Both the position numbers and the translations under genes were made by a program. DNA of 32,000 nt from Methylorubrum extorquens (lineage in GTDB: Bacteria; Pseudomonadota; Alphaproteobacteria; Rhizobiales; Beijerinckiaceae): assembly GCA_900234795.1 (NCBI GenBank), contig LT962688.1, forward strand, positions 5,400,001 through 5,432,000, in the 5' to 3' direction. Below, one piece after another: positions 28,547-32,000 of the stretch; the first letter of the stretch is position 1; every line of letters begins with the position of its first letter. The notes below the pieces were generated by a model that was not told the origin of the DNA, did no database searches, and was given only the letters and a program-made list of their open reading frames with translations.

Positions 28547-29362
28547 TCAGGACAAGAGAGGTGGTTCCTCTGTCGTGACACGAAACTTAGTGAGCGTGTT
28601 GGGTCCAAAGGTGAGCGTCAGCGGCACGTCCGCGGCATCGCGACCGTAGGCGATGAGGATCCGGCCGATGCGTGAGCTGTTGTTGCGCGGATCGAAGGTG
28701 TGCCAGCGGCCTCCGAGATACACTTCCATCCAGGCGGCAAAATCCCCCGGTGCGTGCGGCGGAGGTAGGCCGATGTCGCTGACATAACCGTTGCAGTAGC
28801 GTGTCGGGATGTTGAGGCAGCGGCAAAACGTGATCGCCAGTTGCGCGTAGTCGCGGCAGACCCCGCGCTGTTCCACGAACACGTCGAAGGCCGTCCGCGT
28901 CGCGCGCGCGTGCTCGTACCCGAAGGTGATTCGGTCGTGCACGTAGTCGCAAATCGCCTGGACCCGGCCCCAACCGGGCGGTGCATGCCCGAACAGTTCC
29001 CAGGCGATGGACGAGAGGCGATCAGTCTCGCAATAACGGCTGCCGAGGAGAAACAGCAGGCTGTCCGAAGGCAGTTTCTCGACCGCGATCTCTTGAGCGT
29101 CAGGCTCCTGCGTGTCGCCGCTGCCGCGATCCCGTACAATTGTTTCGGTCTTCAGCGTGAAGCGACCTGCTGGGGCGACCATCCGGTTGCACCAGTTCCC
29201 GAAGCTGTCGCGGTAGCCGTCCAGAGGAACCGCGGGACTCGTGATCAGTTGGTCAGGCTGTTCGAGATCGGAGAAGCGCGATGCGTGGACGTTGAGCGTC
29301 GCGATGACGGGGGTGGGCTGCGGGAACTCGTAGGTCATTTCGCAGCCGACAAGAATGCGCAT
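28547..29362 (-). CDS. Transglutaminase-like (Cys-His-Asp) family protein
   Basis: The start is at M18 of the track ORF (MRILVGCEMTYEF), preceded by AGGAGAGAG. It has the GVCRDYAQL catalytic Cys context and …GRWHTFDPRN…. The N-terminal Bact_transglu_N-like region is present. Confidence 0.88.
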   Translation of the reverse strand: MRILVGCEMTYEFPQPTPVIATLNVHASRFSDLEQPDQLITSPAVPLDGYRDSFGNWCNRMVAPAGRFTLKTETIVRDRGSGDTQEPDAQEIAVEKLPSDSLLFLLGSRYCETDRLSSIAWELFGHAPPGWGRVQAICDYVHDRITFGYEHARATRTAFDVFVEQRGVCRDYAQLAITFCRCLNIPTRYCNGYVSDIGLPPPHAPGDFAAWMEVYLGGRWHTFDPRNNSSRIGRILIAYGRDAADVPLTLTFGPNTLTKFRVTTEEPPLLS

Positions 29363-29573
29363 AGGCTCTCTCCTGAGGAGCGGTATGGGGATCCGCGTTG
29401 GCCCCGCTGACACCGCAAGCTCCGGGCCGCCTAACGCCGCTGGCCGGCTGCCTCGATCACATAGCCTGCACGGTTCGGCTCATCCCTAGCACCTAGCATA
29501 GCATCGCTCCGAAGTGCTCTCCGACAAACCGACATGCGGCTCGTCGGAGAGCTCCCTGAGTTCATTTGGCAGG

Positions 29574-31597
<2,024 letters not shown>

Positions 31598-31701
31598 TAT
31601 AAGATCCTGATCTTTCCCGAGCGAGATCCAACCGCCATGGTTGGCGCTATCGCAGGAGAGGTGGCGGCGAAGAAGTGCCTCGCGGCCCGACCGAACTGTC
31701 C

Positions 31702-31728
31702 TTAGCACTCGTCATACGGAAGTGCTAA
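31702..31728. promoter_or_regulatory. CIRCE operator (HrcA binding site) upstream of groES
   Basis: The sequence is TTAGCACTC-GTCATACGG-AAGTGCTAA. The consensus is TTAGCACTC-N9-GAGTGCTAA, so there is one mismatch in the right arm. It lies about 105 nt upstream of the groES ATG. Confidence 0.85.
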
Positions 31729-31744
31729 TGCGCCGGTAGCCGGC

Positions 31745-31772
31745 GACATAGGAAGTCGAGGTGCTGTGTCAA
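31745..31772 (-). promoter_or_regulatory. Candidate groESL promoter (-35 TTGACA, 16-nt spacer, -10 TATGTC)
   Basis: On the minus strand, TTGACA lies at 31772-31767 and TATGTC at 31750-31745, just upstream of CIRCE. The sigma factor (sigma-70 or sigma-32) is not determinable by eye. Confidence 0.45.
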
Positions 31773-31944
31773 AGCAAGTAACTGCGCTCGACCTGCCGGA
31801 ACGCTTTCCAAATTATTTCTATCGACGTCCTATGGCTAGTTAAAAAGTAGGGGGTTCACGCGCCTGCGAAGCACCTAATGTCTCCGGGAGCGCCGCGCTT
31901 CACCCGACAAGGACGTGTAGCCCTGATCCGGCAGCAGGGTCAGA

Positions 31945-31992
31945 GACTTCCCACGGCCGAGAGGACTGCGGGAAAGAAGGTCGCGTTTTTTT
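31945..31992 (+). terminator. Imperfect stem followed by a T7 tract (31986-31992); possible plus-strand terminator
   Basis: GACTTCCC (31945-31952) can pair with GGGAA..GTC (31970-31982), then GCG-TTTTTTT follows. The stem is bulged and no upstream plus-strand gene is identified in the window. Confidence 0.25.
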
Positions 31993-32000
31993 GAGGCTCT

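Overview
High-G+C alphaproteobacterial chromosomal segment, Rhizobiales/Methylobacterium-like as inferred from protein sequences and composition only. Positions 1 to about 22.4 kb are conserved housekeeping genes. They comprise the minus-strand fabD-fabG-acpP-fabF-mltG cluster, a divergent alpha-oxoamine-synthase-family gene next to a polytopic membrane protein, rsmB, a DUF1674/SDHAF4-like gene, nadK, cutA, a PilZ protein, zwf, arginase, an orphan PAS histidine kinase and pepN. From about 22.46 kb the composition becomes visibly AT-richer and the content turns accessory. This part holds abutting IS630 and IS3 fragments, a phasin gene and several small secreted or membrane ORFs. It also holds an internally deleted IS3 relic carrying an intact IS110-family transposase, and an orphan transglutaminase-like gene. 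A CIRCE-controlled groES-groEL pair follows. Four conserved genes (rsmB, zwf, arginase, groEL) are each interrupted by one extra G:C base pair inside a homopolymer run; all four are +1 events. A 29-bp tandem repeat fills the zwf/arginase convergent gap and re-copies the zwf stop region. The oxoamine synthase has Gln where the family has a PLP-contacting His. Two short ORFs below the track cutoff look coding. No rRNA, tRNA or CRISPR array was found. I did not find a convincing multi-gene novel system such as a defence or secretion system. The candidates listed are individually modest and need database or structure checks that I cannot run.
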